Shown piece after piece: positions 38,065 to 47,231 of a DNA stretch of 64,000 nucleotides. Within the stretch, counting starts at the first letter, position 1, and the number at the start of each line of letters is the position of its first letter. Source of the DNA: a virus; IMG/VR virus record IMGVR_UViG_3300032236_001850, positions 52,392 through 116,391 of that record, one strand, 5' to 3'. The notes under the pieces were generated by a model. It did no database searches and was not told where the DNA came from. It saw only the letters and a program-made list of their open reading frames with translations. Both the position numbers and the translations under genes were made by a program.

Positions 38065-38633
38065 GATAGCAAATCCTTAAGAACCCATTCAGTTCTATCT
38101 TCTATTGGAATAAGTGAAAGATCCACATAAGGAATTCTTTCAAGCTCCAGGTAATTTTTAATTATAGAATCCAGTCTAATTATTTCCTCCCTATTATGGA
38201 ATCTAATTCCATCGTTCTCGTCATCCTCTAAGAATGGCGGAACGTAATAGATCTTATGCCACTGACCCAGTGATTTAAGTATTTCCTTTTGTATATGGTT
38301 AATAGTTGCAATATCCTTTAGTGACAATTGTTGACCAAAGAGAGATCTGAAGTAAAAGTAATTTAAAATGGTACTGGAATCGCAAATTACCCATTCCTTA
38401 GAATCAACATACATTCTTTCCCTTCCTAGCTGTTCATAAAATATAACTAGCTGATCTGTCGGAGTGTCTGGTATTCCCCATTCCGCAATATAATCAGTAG
38501 CAGCTTCACCAACAAATATAGAATTTTTCTTGTCAATCTTAAGTCTATAATGGACAGAGGTTGCTAAAGTGGACTTACCTGAACTTGGAGCTCCAATCAC
38601 ACAAACCAACTTGGATTTTTTTAATTCCTTCAT
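38061..38633 (-). CDS. NadR-type ribosylnicotinamide kinase-like P-loop protein
   Basis: VCVIGAPSSGKSTLATSV (cf. NadR RNK VAILGGESSGKSTLV); collinear similarity through ...DGIRFHN...IPYVDLS...DRTEWVLKDL to NadR C-terminal domain. Confidence 0.6.
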   Translation of the reverse strand: MKELKKSKLVCVIGAPSSGKSTLATSVHYRLKIDKKNSIFVGEAATDYIAEWGIPDTPTDQLVIFYEQLGRERMYVDSKEWVICDSSTILNYFYFRSLFGQQLSLKDIATINHIQKEILKSLGQWHKIYYVPPFLEDDENDGIRFHNREEIIRLDSIIKNYLELERIPYVDLSLIPIEDRTEWVLKDLLS

Positions 38634-38759
38634 GTATATTATTTAATTATTATATGATAAAATAAAAAAATAATTCCATAAATATTTTTTTATATTGAAT
38701 CTTTTTTGTATATTTGCCCTATAATTAAATAACAACAATTAATAATTAAAAAAGAAAAA

Positions 38760-39317
38760 ATGGACACTAGTAAAATTATCAAATTCGGTATTATTGGTTT
38801 AGTACTTATCGTAATCTTCGGATTATTCTCGAGCGTTATCTCGACAAGCAACGAAGAGGTTGATTTAAGAAATCGCTTCAAACAAAAGATGGATGAACGT
38901 ACAGCTTTCTATGACAAGATGTGGAAAACTATCTCTCAGAAATCACAAATCGCTGTTAAGAATGACAGCTCATTCGTTCGTAACGTTAACATCATCATGA
39001 GCGGACGTAAGGATGCTCAAGGTTTAGTTATGAAATGGGTTCAGGAATCTAATCCAAACGCAAACTTCGATCAAGTATCAGCTTTATATGCGGATCTTAG
39101 CCGTACCATAGAAGGTGAGAGAGATGGTTTCTTCATGCAGGAGAAGATGATTATGGATATTGTATTAGCACATGACAACATCATGACCAAATTCCCATCA
39201 GGATTTATTCTTTCAAGCTTCATGGGTAGAACCCGATTAGTCTACAAGCCAATCACGTCGGATAAAACAGACGATGTTATAAAAACTGGCAAAGACAACG
39301 ACACTAAAGTATTCTAA
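38760..39317 (+). CDS. membrane-anchored protein, paralog of 46229..47050
   Basis: N-terminal TM; shared blocks YDKMWKTISQK / YDNMWKSYTLK, MSGRKDAQGLVMKWVQESNP / MDGRHDGEHLTWKWLQENQP, ALYADLS / RFYADLS. Confidence 0.45.
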   Translation: MDTSKIIKFGIIGLVLIVIFGLFSSVISTSNEEVDLRNRFKQKMDERTAFYDKMWKTISQKSQIAVKNDSSFVRNVNIIMSGRKDAQGLVMKWVQESNPNANFDQVSALYADLSRTIEGERDGFFMQEKMIMDIVLAHDNIMTKFPSGFILSSFMGRTRLVYKPITSDKTDDVIKTGKDNDTKVF

Positions 39318-39329
39318 TAAAAACAAAAC

Positions 39330-39358
39330 AAAGGCAGACTTCGGTCTGCCTTTCTTCT
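39330..39358 (+). terminator. rho-independent terminator (UUCG loop)
   Basis: aaaggcagac-ttcg-gtctgcctttcttct. Confidence 0.6.
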
Positions 39359-39372
39359 AAAAAATAAATATC

Positions 39373-40584
39373 ATGTCTATCTGGTTATGTCTTCTAATAC
39401 CTATTATAGGCGCCATAGTGCTCCTTAAATTTTTCGCAAAGAAATTGACTTGGTGGGAGGTTTTGATTCCGCTATTGGCTTGTTTATCATTCATAGCGAT
39501 CTTCAAGGCAATTGTTGAGAAGGTGCAAGTGACAGATACAGAATATCACGGTGCTTTAGTTGAATCAGCAAGATACTATGAGCCATATACAACATGGGTT
39601 CAAAAGACTTGTAGCTACACAGTATCATGTGGTAAAGGTTGTACAAGAACAGTTTACTACGATTGTTCATACTGCGACGAAAACGGTCCGGAGTGGGAAA
39701 TTAAAAATGCACTAGGTCAAACCTGGAGCATCAGTCAAGCACAATATAACTACTTACAAAAGAAATGGTCAGCCAAACCTGAATTTGTAGAACTTAATAG
39801 AGATATCAATTATCACGGAGGATGCGGACAGGATGGAGATGCTTATCAGATTAATTGGAATAAACTTCCATTGAGCGCTGAATCAACCACAACATCAAAC
39901 AGCTACACTAATAGAGTTCAAGCTGCTCATACAGCATTCGATTATCCGATCATATCAGACAATGATAAAAAACAATTTAAGTTGTTTGATTATCCAGCAG
40001 TTGATGGGTATTCACAGAAAATGGTTCTTGGATTGGATAGTATCAAATGGGTTAATAAACGTGATAAATGGTATATGGACCAGTGGGCTACTTTTTTAAA
40101 TGGCCAATTAGGTGTTAAGAAACACGCAAGAATCTATTTCCTTTACTTCAAAGATATGCCATCGGTTGCTGCTGACATGCAGGAGGCTTATTGGGATGGA
40201 GGTAACGATAACGAGATAGTTATCTGTGTTGGTCTATCCAGCAAGTCCCGGCAAATTCAATGGGTTAGACCGTTTAGCTGGAGTCCTATTAGAAGAATCA
40301 TACCAGACGTTCGCGAAGATATCATGAAACAAATCAATTTCGATGCGACAAAGTTATCTAATGCAGTTTGGTATAATGTTGACCACGAGTTTAAAAGAAG
40401 ACACTTCGAAGAGTTTGATTATATTACTGTCGATCCACCAACATGGGCGAAATGGGTTACATTCTTCGTAACACTTATCATCACAGTTTGGATTTGTTAC
40501 TGGGCAGTAGTTAATGACATTGATGGCGATGACGATCCGCTTAGTGATATGTTTAACGGTAATCACAGGAATGGATATTATTAA
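39373..40584 (+). CDS. membrane protein with Cys-rich ectodomain
   Basis: ORF track; N- and C-terminal TM helices; CSYTVSCGKGCTRTVYYDCSYCDENG. Confidence 0.45.
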   Translation: MSIWLCLLIPIIGAIVLLKFFAKKLTWWEVLIPLLACLSFIAIFKAIVEKVQVTDTEYHGALVESARYYEPYTTWVQKTCSYTVSCGKGCTRTVYYDCSYCDENGPEWEIKNALGQTWSISQAQYNYLQKKWSAKPEFVELNRDINYHGGCGQDGDAYQINWNKLPLSAESTTTSNSYTNRVQAAHTAFDYPIISDNDKKQFKLFDYPAVDGYSQKMVLGLDSIKWVNKRDKWYMDQWATFLNGQLGVKKHARIYFLYFKDMPSVAADMQEAYWDGGNDNEIVICVGLSSKSRQIQWVRPFSWSPIRRIIPDVREDIMKQINFDATKLSNAVWYNVDHEFKRRHFEEFDYITVDPPTWAKWVTFFVTLIITVWICYWAVVNDIDGDDDPLSDMFNGNHRNGYY

Positions 40585-40939
40585 GGAGAAGGGAACCCAC
40601 ATAAATAGACATTCTGACAAGATCTTATTTGAAAGAATAGGACTTCTAAAATTCAGAATGACCGGATTTATGATCGGTGGACTTAGACAGATGGTGGATG
40701 AAAATGAAAAAATTCTTTTACTTGATCCTCCAGGAGGTCCAAGACTAACATCAATATCGGATTATCACGGATGGGGAGCTACCGATATGGGTGAATTCAA
40801 TAAAAAATGGAAGGGGATGAAAATAATTTCATTTGAATTTGCTCTCAAAAACGATGGTATATTGGATGGTGCAATCCTGATAGAATGTGAATACATCTTA
40901 GATAAAGTGAGATGGAAGAAAATAAAAAATCCAGCTTGA
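40571..40939 (+). CDS. hypothetical protein
   Basis: ORF track (40514); ATG at 40571 limits overlap with upstream gene to 14 nt. Confidence 0.4.
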   Translation: MDIIKEKGTHINRHSDKILFERIGLLKFRMTGFMIGGLRQMVDENEKILLLDPPGGPRLTSISDYHGWGATDMGEFNKKWKGMKIISFEFALKNDGILDGAILIECEYILDKVRWKKIKNPA

Positions 40940-40953
40940 TGCTGGATTTTTTT
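40924..40953. terminator. bidirectional terminator between convergent genes
   Basis: aaaaaatccagc-ttga-tgctggattttttt. Confidence 0.6.
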
Positions 40954-41572
40954 ATTTTAACCATTTGTCAAAAATGTTCAATGCTTTTTTATATTTTTCC
41001 TTCTTGTCTTCGAATTCAGAATTTGTCAATTTAATTCCCTTGAGAAATTTTTTCCTTGTTGGTTCATCAATCGCATCACTCATGATAAATACAGACCCTG
41101 GATTTTTTGAATATGTTTTAATCATATAATCAGCTATTTTACTGTTATCATTAAATTGGGCTTTATCAATATCACCATATATGCTTCTTATTCCCTTCTT
41201 TTTATATTGTTTTAGAGTCCAATCATAAATGTACAGAAATTGCTGATTCCATCTTAATAAAGTATCCTCACCATCAAATTTTTTCATTATTCTCGGTGAA
41301 CCTGGAAGAAATTGTCCCTGCCAAGCTCGTAAGGTTTCAGGTATTCTCCTAACTAACCCATTGGAATAAACCGTGATATTATTACTTGGTCTATCTAAGT
41401 CAAGCTCTTTATTATAAAGTCTCATGTTCATATGTCTCTTTATAACATCAGTGCTGGAATCATAATAGCCCATTGCAGTCAATAATAGAAAACCTGGGAG
41501 TTGTTTTATATCTTCGTATGTGTAATCATGCGAATTTGATTCAAACAGTTTAAAAGTCATTAAATTTTTCAT
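40952..41572 (-). CDS. hypothetical protein
   Basis: ORF track; convergent with upstream gene, shared bidirectional terminator 40924-40953. Confidence 0.45.
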   Translation of the reverse strand: MKNLMTFKLFESNSHDYTYEDIKQLPGFLLLTAMGYYDSSTDVIKRHMNMRLYNKELDLDRPSNNITVYSNGLVRRIPETLRAWQGQFLPGSPRIMKKFDGEDTLLRWNQQFLYIYDWTLKQYKKKGIRSIYGDIDKAQFNDNSKIADYMIKTYSKNPGSVFIMSDAIDEPTRKKFLKGIKLTNSEFEDKKEKYKKALNIFDKWLK

Positions 41573-41598
41573 AACATATATATCATAAAAAATAAAAA

Positions 41599-41787
41599 AT
41601 GATTGGAGCTATAGTTATAAAGGGATGGGACATACACCAGGCAAAGATTAGGTGGGGTGAAGAATTTGTGGATAACGTGATGCTGAAATGCAGCGGAAAA
41701 CATCCATCAGTTCTTTATAATGAAACGGAGGATCTGGAAATCAAGGAGTGTTTGCAACTTCTATTTAAAGAATCTCTTGATATATAA
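41599..41787 (+). CDS. small hypothetical protein
   Basis: ORF track. Confidence 0.3.
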   Translation: MIGAIVIKGWDIHQAKIRWGEEFVDNVMLKCSGKHPSVLYNETEDLEIKECLQLLFKESLDI

Positions 41788-41799
41788 TTAAATAATAGT

Positions 41800-42504
41800 A
41801 TGTTAAGAGACAAGATAACCATAGTAATACCTTGCAAGAACGAGGGAACTATAATTAAAAAGGCATTAGATCTAATAAATCTACAAAGAGGTATCGAGGG
41901 AACAAGAGTTATAGTAGCAGATTGTTCAGATGATGGATTCACCAGAAATTTAATATTATCAAATAGTGAAAAAAATGTCAACTTAGAAATAATAGATGGC
42001 GGATATCCAGCTTTTGGTAGAAACAGAGGAGCTGAAATTTCGAAAACACCATATATTCTATTTCTTGATTCCGATATGTTTTTGGAGGATCCAAACACTC
42101 TGTCAATAATAGTAAATGATTTCATCAAAACAGGAAAGCATCTGGCAACAACCAAGATGAGAACCAATGATGGCAAATACAACTACGTTTACAAAATATT
42201 TGATTTTATCCAAAAGGGTTCAAGTTTTACCACACCTTTTGCTATAGGTGGTTTCATGCTATTTAAAAGGGAGGAATTTAATAGACTTGGTGGATTTGTG
42301 GACGAGGATAAATTTGCTGAGGATTATCACCTGAGTTCAAAAATAAAACCATCCAAATTTAAAATCTATAATGAGATAGTTTATACAACATCCAGAAGAT
42401 TTAAAAACAAGGGATTGAAATATATGCTTATAATGATGCTAAAATCCTGGTTAAATAGAAACAACGAGGAGTTTTTTAAAAATGATCACGATTATTGGAC
42501 ATGA
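41800..42504 (+). CDS. family 2 glycosyltransferase
   Basis: ITIVIPCKNEG, VIVADCSDDG, FLDSDM (DxD) motifs. Confidence 0.65.
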   Translation: MLRDKITIVIPCKNEGTIIKKALDLINLQRGIEGTRVIVADCSDDGFTRNLILSNSEKNVNLEIIDGGYPAFGRNRGAEISKTPYILFLDSDMFLEDPNTLSIIVNDFIKTGKHLATTKMRTNDGKYNYVYKIFDFIQKGSSFTTPFAIGGFMLFKREEFNRLGGFVDEDKFAEDYHLSSKIKPSKFKIYNEIVYTTSRRFKNKGLKYMLIMMLKSWLNRNNEEFFKNDHDYWT

Positions 42505-43220
42505 AATATAAAACCATAATACTATCTGATATACATCTTGGTTCCAAATCAAGCAGAACTGAGGATGTTATAGACTTTCTAGAAAAAAACACAGCAGAAA
42601 GATTAATTCTAAACGGAGACATAGTTGACGGATGGGCTTTATCTAGAGGTGGTAAATGGAAAGACGTTCACACGAAGCTGATAAGAAAATTTCTAAAAAT
42701 TAGTGAAAAAGGAACATCAGTTATTTGGATAAGAGGCAATCATGATGATTTTATCAAGGACTTCATTCCAATAAAACTATCCAATATACAAATAGAGGAA
42801 AGCTACACATTCATCTCCAAAAAAGGTAAAAGAATTTACTGTTTTCATGGAGATGTTCTTGATGTGTTTATAATGAAAACAAAATGGTTAGCTCATATAG
42901 GTTCAATAGGATATGATGTTGCATTATGGATTAATAGAGTTTATAATAGCTACAGAAAATATAGAAATCTCCCATATTATTCAATTTCAAAGGACATAAA
43001 GAATGGTGTTAAGAAAGCTGTCAATTTTATAAATGATTTCGAAGACAATGCCATAAAACTTGCTTTATCAAAGCATGCAGATATTGCAGTATGTGGACAT
43101 ATACATCAACCAGATATTAAGCATAACTATATGAACTCCGGTGATTGGTGTGAAAACTGTACAGCTCTAGTGGAAACACTTAAGGGAGAATGGTTAATAA
43201 TAGAACACCATAAAAAATAA
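42495..43220 (+). CDS. LpxH-like calcineurin-type metallophosphoesterase
   Basis: IILSDIHLGS, LNGDIVDGW, GNHDDF, CGHIHQP metallophosphatase motifs in LpxH-like order. Confidence 0.6.
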   Translation: MDMKYKTIILSDIHLGSKSSRTEDVIDFLEKNTAERLILNGDIVDGWALSRGGKWKDVHTKLIRKFLKISEKGTSVIWIRGNHDDFIKDFIPIKLSNIQIEESYTFISKKGKRIYCFHGDVLDVFIMKTKWLAHIGSIGYDVALWINRVYNSYRKYRNLPYYSISKDIKNGVKKAVNFINDFEDNAIKLALSKHADIAVCGHIHQPDIKHNYMNSGDWCENCTALVETLKGEWLIIEHHKK

Positions 43221-43224
43221 AAAG

Positions 43225-43497
43225 TCAATCTTCAGATTGACTTTTTCCTTTTAACTTAGGTATATTAATTCTTTTTCCTGAAATCCAAAAATAGATTCCA
43301 AAGAAGAAAGCCGAGAGGCAATAAAATATACCATCTGTTATCAGATACGATCCTGTCCAATGCATCACTAATGCAAAAAGTGCGTCGAAACCCAGTGGGT
43401 TGAAGAATGTCGCCAGGATCAGCACAATTGTCTGAATGTTTTTTCTCTGCATTTTTCTTGGGAGTGTCGGTGTCCATAATGGAATTTTTTTGCACAA
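43225..43497 (-). CDS. small membrane protein
   Basis: ORF track (alternative frame 43265..43504 also open); hydrophobic. Confidence 0.35.
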   Translation of the reverse strand: MCKKIPLWTPTLPRKMQRKNIQTIVLILATFFNPLGFDALFALVMHWTGSYLITDGIFYCLSAFFFGIYFWISGKRINIPKLKGKSQSED

Positions 43498-43617
43498 TTT
43501 CCATCCTTAATGGAAAAAAATTGCGAGATTCAAGTTATCTGATCTATATATTGGAAAAAAATGGGAAACTTTTGACTTTTTACTCTATAATTATCATAAA
43601 CACAAAAACATAGCGCC

Positions 43618-43893
43618 ATGCTTAAATTACCAAAATCTCATAAAAGGACATTTGATCAGCTTGATTATGCAAGAGCGGTTAAGAAATTAGAATCATCCTA
43701 CCATGTGTTATCAAACGAGAAGATAGAGGAAATAAAAAGATTAGCTCCAGATGTTCCATTTAATCTACCATACTATGGTATGACATTTGATGAAGCAAAA
43801 TATGCTGAAGCGATTAGGAATTTAAGACATGGATATTATACACTTCCATCAGAAACAACAGACAGGCTTAGGGCTTTGGCCAAAGATTTATAA
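43618..43893 (+). CDS. hypothetical protein
   Basis: ORF track. Confidence 0.35.
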   Translation: MLKLPKSHKRTFDQLDYARAVKKLESSYHVLSNEKIEEIKRLAPDVPFNLPYYGMTFDEAKYAEAIRNLRHGYYTLPSETTDRLRALAKDL

Positions 43894-44279
43894 TGGATGA
43901 AATCACACTCATAGATCCTCTTGGATATGATTTAAGCGAGACCATCCTCATAGATGGTAGGCTCTACTATGCAAAACATCACGTTTGCCAGACGTGTGGT
44001 GTATCTGGGTGTGTTCAATATTGGGTTGAAGGTAACGGAGTAGCCAAGTGCGAATTGCCAGTCCTTAATGATGTTATGATTTACGGTAAACTTTTTGGAA
44101 GATGTTTACTGTGTAGAATACCAGATCCTAATAATAGGTATTTTTACCAGCCAAGATTGGATATCTTTAGGCTTGAGGAGGAGGGAAGACCTTTCTCTAT
44201 ATCAATGAATCTCTATGATCCTAATAGAGATTCGATCGTTTCGGATTCCACATTAATCGAGTGGAGTAAAATAAGATAA
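43893..44279 (+). CDS. putative zinc-binding protein
   Basis: CQTCGVSGC ... CLLCRIPD cysteine pairs. Confidence 0.4.
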   Translation: MDEITLIDPLGYDLSETILIDGRLYYAKHHVCQTCGVSGCVQYWVEGNGVAKCELPVLNDVMIYGKLFGRCLLCRIPDPNNRYFYQPRLDIFRLEEEGRPFSISMNLYDPNRDSIVSDSTLIEWSKIR

Positions 44280-44321
44280 AATTTATTTTTTTATTTCGAT
44301 TCCTTTTTATACATTTGCAAC

Positions 44322-44879
44322 ATGAAAGGAAAAGATCTAAACATATTCGTTAGATTCGGAGGGGTTAACCTAAAGAAGCAGAAGGGATACAAGTCTGAAC
44401 CGGCTACGTTTCATTCACCACCTGCTACTAGAGGTTTCTACGCCATGCCTAAAGTTGCACAAGAGTTTTTTCTTATCAGCTCAATGGAAAGATACCAACC
44501 AAGCGCTGTACCAAAGTCTGTCGAGTATGATGAAAATAGAACAGAAGAGGAAGCAGAAAAACTCTGGGATGATTACCACAGAAGAAGAAAGAAATCTATA
44601 AGCTCGATGAGAAAAGAGTTTACAAAAACTGAGGGGCATATCTGGCATCACTTAACCGAATACGTTAAACCCAATGAAGTTATTGAAAGACACGGAACTT
44701 GGGTAAAAACAGATTTAGCTGCATGGAAGAAAGCATTCTCTAAGGTCTCATTAAAATACCGATATGGTAATAATAGCTGGGATCTTTCAACTAATTCAAT
44801 CAATGAGACAGGACGTTCCGGTCTTTTTGGTTATTACTCAAGAGACGAATTTGAAGTATTTTTTGACGAAAAAGTTTAA
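44322..44879 (+). CDS. hypothetical protein
   Basis: ORF track; upstream conserved motif. Confidence 0.45.
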   Translation: MKGKDLNIFVRFGGVNLKKQKGYKSEPATFHSPPATRGFYAMPKVAQEFFLISSMERYQPSAVPKSVEYDENRTEEEAEKLWDDYHRRRKKSISSMRKEFTKTEGHIWHHLTEYVKPNEVIERHGTWVKTDLAAWKKAFSKVSLKYRYGNNSWDLSTNSINETGRSGLFGYYSRDEFEVFFDEKV

Positions 44880-44895
44880 ATAAAAAATATCAAAA

Positions 44896-44936
44896 AATAT
44901 TTTTTTATATCGAAAACATTTCATATATTTGCCTTG
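44896..44936 (+). promoter_or_regulatory. conserved upstream motif before 44955
   Basis: tttttttatatcgaaaacatttcatatatttgccttg. Confidence 0.5.
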
Positions 44937-44954
44937 TAATTAAAAAGAAACAAA

Positions 44955-46202
44955 ATGAAACTTTCAAATTTGCACACCACCAAATCTGGATACGCTTTAA
45001 AGAACATGATGCTCAACGAATCAAGAACCGTCATAATCGGTAAAGTTGAGGACAAAGATCAAATCAAAGAAAATCCGGATCAAGTATCTGAATATATCCA
45101 AGTTAAATGGGATATTGACAGAGAGAATAAAATATGTAAATGTCAACTTGGTATTGAGGAGTATGACATTAGTCTGGTAAACAAGTATATTCCAGACGTA
45201 ACACCTGAACCAAAACCAAAAAAGAATTTCTACACTTTCAAGAAAGATGCTTGGCATTGTAAAATTTACAAATGGGTTTTTGGTAAAGAACCTCATAAAG
45301 TTCACCCAACCATGTGTCCATACTTCTGGATTATGGTGGTGGTATTTTTAACCTTTCCCCTTATTTTGCTTGTTAAAATGACTGGCAAGATGGGAGCTAA
45401 CTTCATTGAATCTTGCTCCACATATTCTAAAAGAATGGACGAGAAAAGAAGAGCAGCTTTTGTTAAGATGTGCTTGGATAAACTACCAACCATGACCGAC
45501 AAGGAAGCATATAATCTTAAGCATAGTAGGATATACAAGAAATATTGCTATGAACTTTATCATAAGGAAAGATATGAGATAGAAGATAAAGGTTCTGCTT
45601 GGTATAATCAAAAATGCGAAGTGGAGAGACAAGCTAGAATGGAGAAGGAGGAAGCAGATAGAATCAAGAGAGAATTAAAATATGAGAAAACAGAGGCTCT
45701 AAGAAAAACCAAAGAGGAGAGGGAAGTAAAGATAGAGGAATTTAAGCAATCTAAAACTTCTAAAATCATTGGGATAGGTCTTGTGATTATTATATCCTAC
45801 TTTGCCATCTGGGGATTAGGTGTTGCAGCAGTGAAAACATACGAATGGGTTAACTGGAAGTATGTTGGATATGGGATTTTAGGAATAATGGGAATGGTAA
45901 CTGCAGGATTTATCATCTATATCACATTCAAATACATGGTAAATCCGTTTTTCAAATGGACATTCATGCAAATGAGTAAGATCAATCCGCCGAAACTTCC
46001 TAAAATACCTGTCTATAAATTCGGTAAAAAGATAGGTAAGGTTTTCAAATTCCTTCTCGGTTGGGTGAAACCAATGTTCAGAGCAATCGTTCAGGGTATC
46101 ATCTATATGGCGGATTTCTTCGGAATGGTTAGGGATTTGATTCACAGTATGTATAAAAAGAATTGTCCAGTCATTACATGGACTGACGATGACCAAAAAT
46201 AA
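44955..46202 (+). CDS. membrane protein with central charged coiled segment
   Basis: ORF track; several TM helices. Confidence 0.45.
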   Translation: MKLSNLHTTKSGYALKNMMLNESRTVIIGKVEDKDQIKENPDQVSEYIQVKWDIDRENKICKCQLGIEEYDISLVNKYIPDVTPEPKPKKNFYTFKKDAWHCKIYKWVFGKEPHKVHPTMCPYFWIMVVVFLTFPLILLVKMTGKMGANFIESCSTYSKRMDEKRRAAFVKMCLDKLPTMTDKEAYNLKHSRIYKKYCYELYHKERYEIEDKGSAWYNQKCEVERQARMEKEEADRIKRELKYEKTEALRKTKEEREVKIEEFKQSKTSKIIGIGLVIIISYFAIWGLGVAAVKTYEWVNWKYVGYGILGIMGMVTAGFIIYITFKYMVNPFFKWTFMQMSKINPPKLPKIPVYKFGKKIGKVFKFLLGWVKPMFRAIVQGIIYMADFFGMVRDLIHSMYKKNCPVITWTDDDQK

Positions 46203-46228
46203 AAAATTAACAATTAATAATTAATTCT

Positions 46229-47050
46229 ATGAGTATCTTCAAAAAAGGTAAATTAAGTAAGCCAGAATTCATCTCCAAGATGATTGGCGCAGTCATCTCG
46301 CTTTTGGCATTTGGCTTCATTTGGACCATCCAGTTTCCAGGTGACACAGTAAAGGACAATGGTTCCTTAAGTTTTTCAGCAATGCACACAACATTCAACA
46401 TTGCTTTCTTGGTAGGCTTATTTGTCTACATTGTTATCCTAATGAGAAAATCATTAGATCAAAATTTAGAATGGGAATTCAGGGAGACAAAAGACACTGA
46501 TAAAAACCCATTTGGTAGTGTAACCGGACTATTGATTTTATTGCTTCTATTCGTTGGAGCAAGTAGATTCTATAAGGACTCAAAAGCCATCTATAACAAA
46601 ACAGTGGTATACCAAAATGACTATGCACAAGTAAATCAAGAGAAGGAAACATATTACGACAACATGTGGAAATCTTATACACTTAAACATAATGTGCTAA
46701 TCGAGAACAAAGCCACATTCATCGAGGTAACTAAGATGATTATGGACGGAAGACACGACGGTGAGCATCTTACTTGGAAATGGTTACAAGAAAACCAACC
46801 GGTGCCATATAACGAATTTACACGATTCTATGCTGATCTATCACAGTTCGTAGAAAGCCAAAGAGCAGGATATTTAGCACTAGAAGTTAAGTCACAAAAC
46901 ATTGCAAAAGCTAATAATATATTGCTGCAGACTTTCCCGAACAATATATACAACAAGGTTCTGAACAGATCACAGATTGATTATAAACCTGGATTTACCT
47001 CAATCAGAACAAGACAAGTATTCGAACACGGAATAGAAGAAGTTGAGTAA
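46229..47050 (+). CDS. membrane-anchored protein, paralog of 38760..39317
   Basis: see 38760; longer N-terminal membrane region. Confidence 0.45.
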   Translation: MSIFKKGKLSKPEFISKMIGAVISLLAFGFIWTIQFPGDTVKDNGSLSFSAMHTTFNIAFLVGLFVYIVILMRKSLDQNLEWEFRETKDTDKNPFGSVTGLLILLLLFVGASRFYKDSKAIYNKTVVYQNDYAQVNQEKETYYDNMWKSYTLKHNVLIENKATFIEVTKMIMDGRHDGEHLTWKWLQENQPVPYNEFTRFYADLSQFVESQRAGYLALEVKSQNIAKANNILLQTFPNNIYNKVLNRSQIDYKPGFTSIRTRQVFEHGIEEVE

Positions 47051-47055
47051 CATTT

Positions 47056-47086
47056 AAAAAATCGGGATTGAAAAATCCCGATTTTT
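47056..47086 (+). terminator. rho-independent terminator
   Basis: aaaaatcgggatt-gaaaa-atcccgattttt. Confidence 0.6.
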
Positions 47087-47153
47087 CTTCCAAATTATTT
47101 TTTTATTCAAAAAGGATTCCTTATATTTGCCTTGTAATTAAAAACAAAACAAA

Positions 47154-47222
47154 ATGGGAAAAGCAATAATAGGAATAATAGGAATAGCAGCAACTGTAAT
47201 AGTGATGATGCTAACCAAGTAA
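47154..47222 (+). CDS. 22-aa hydrophobic mini-protein
   Basis: MGKAIIGIIGIAATVIVMMLTK; canonical promoter motif 47096-47135 at the usual spacing. Confidence 0.3.
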   Translation: MGKAIIGIIGIAATVIVMMLTK

Positions 47223-47231
47223 ATTAAAAAA

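Noticed and set aside
38061-38633. Generic AAA/ABC ATPase or adenylate kinase call for the P-loop protein
   Set aside because: Collinear similarity beyond the Walker A (DSS..NYF; DGIRFH; IPYVDLS; DRTEWV) fits the NadR ribosylnicotinamide-kinase domain better than AAA+ or adenylate kinase, although this rests on recalled sequence.
43560-43600. Sigma-70-like TTGACT ... TATAAT promoter upstream of 43618
   Set aside because: Spacer is only ~8 nt (needs 16-18), and the host is inferred to be Bacteroidetes, whose promoters differ.
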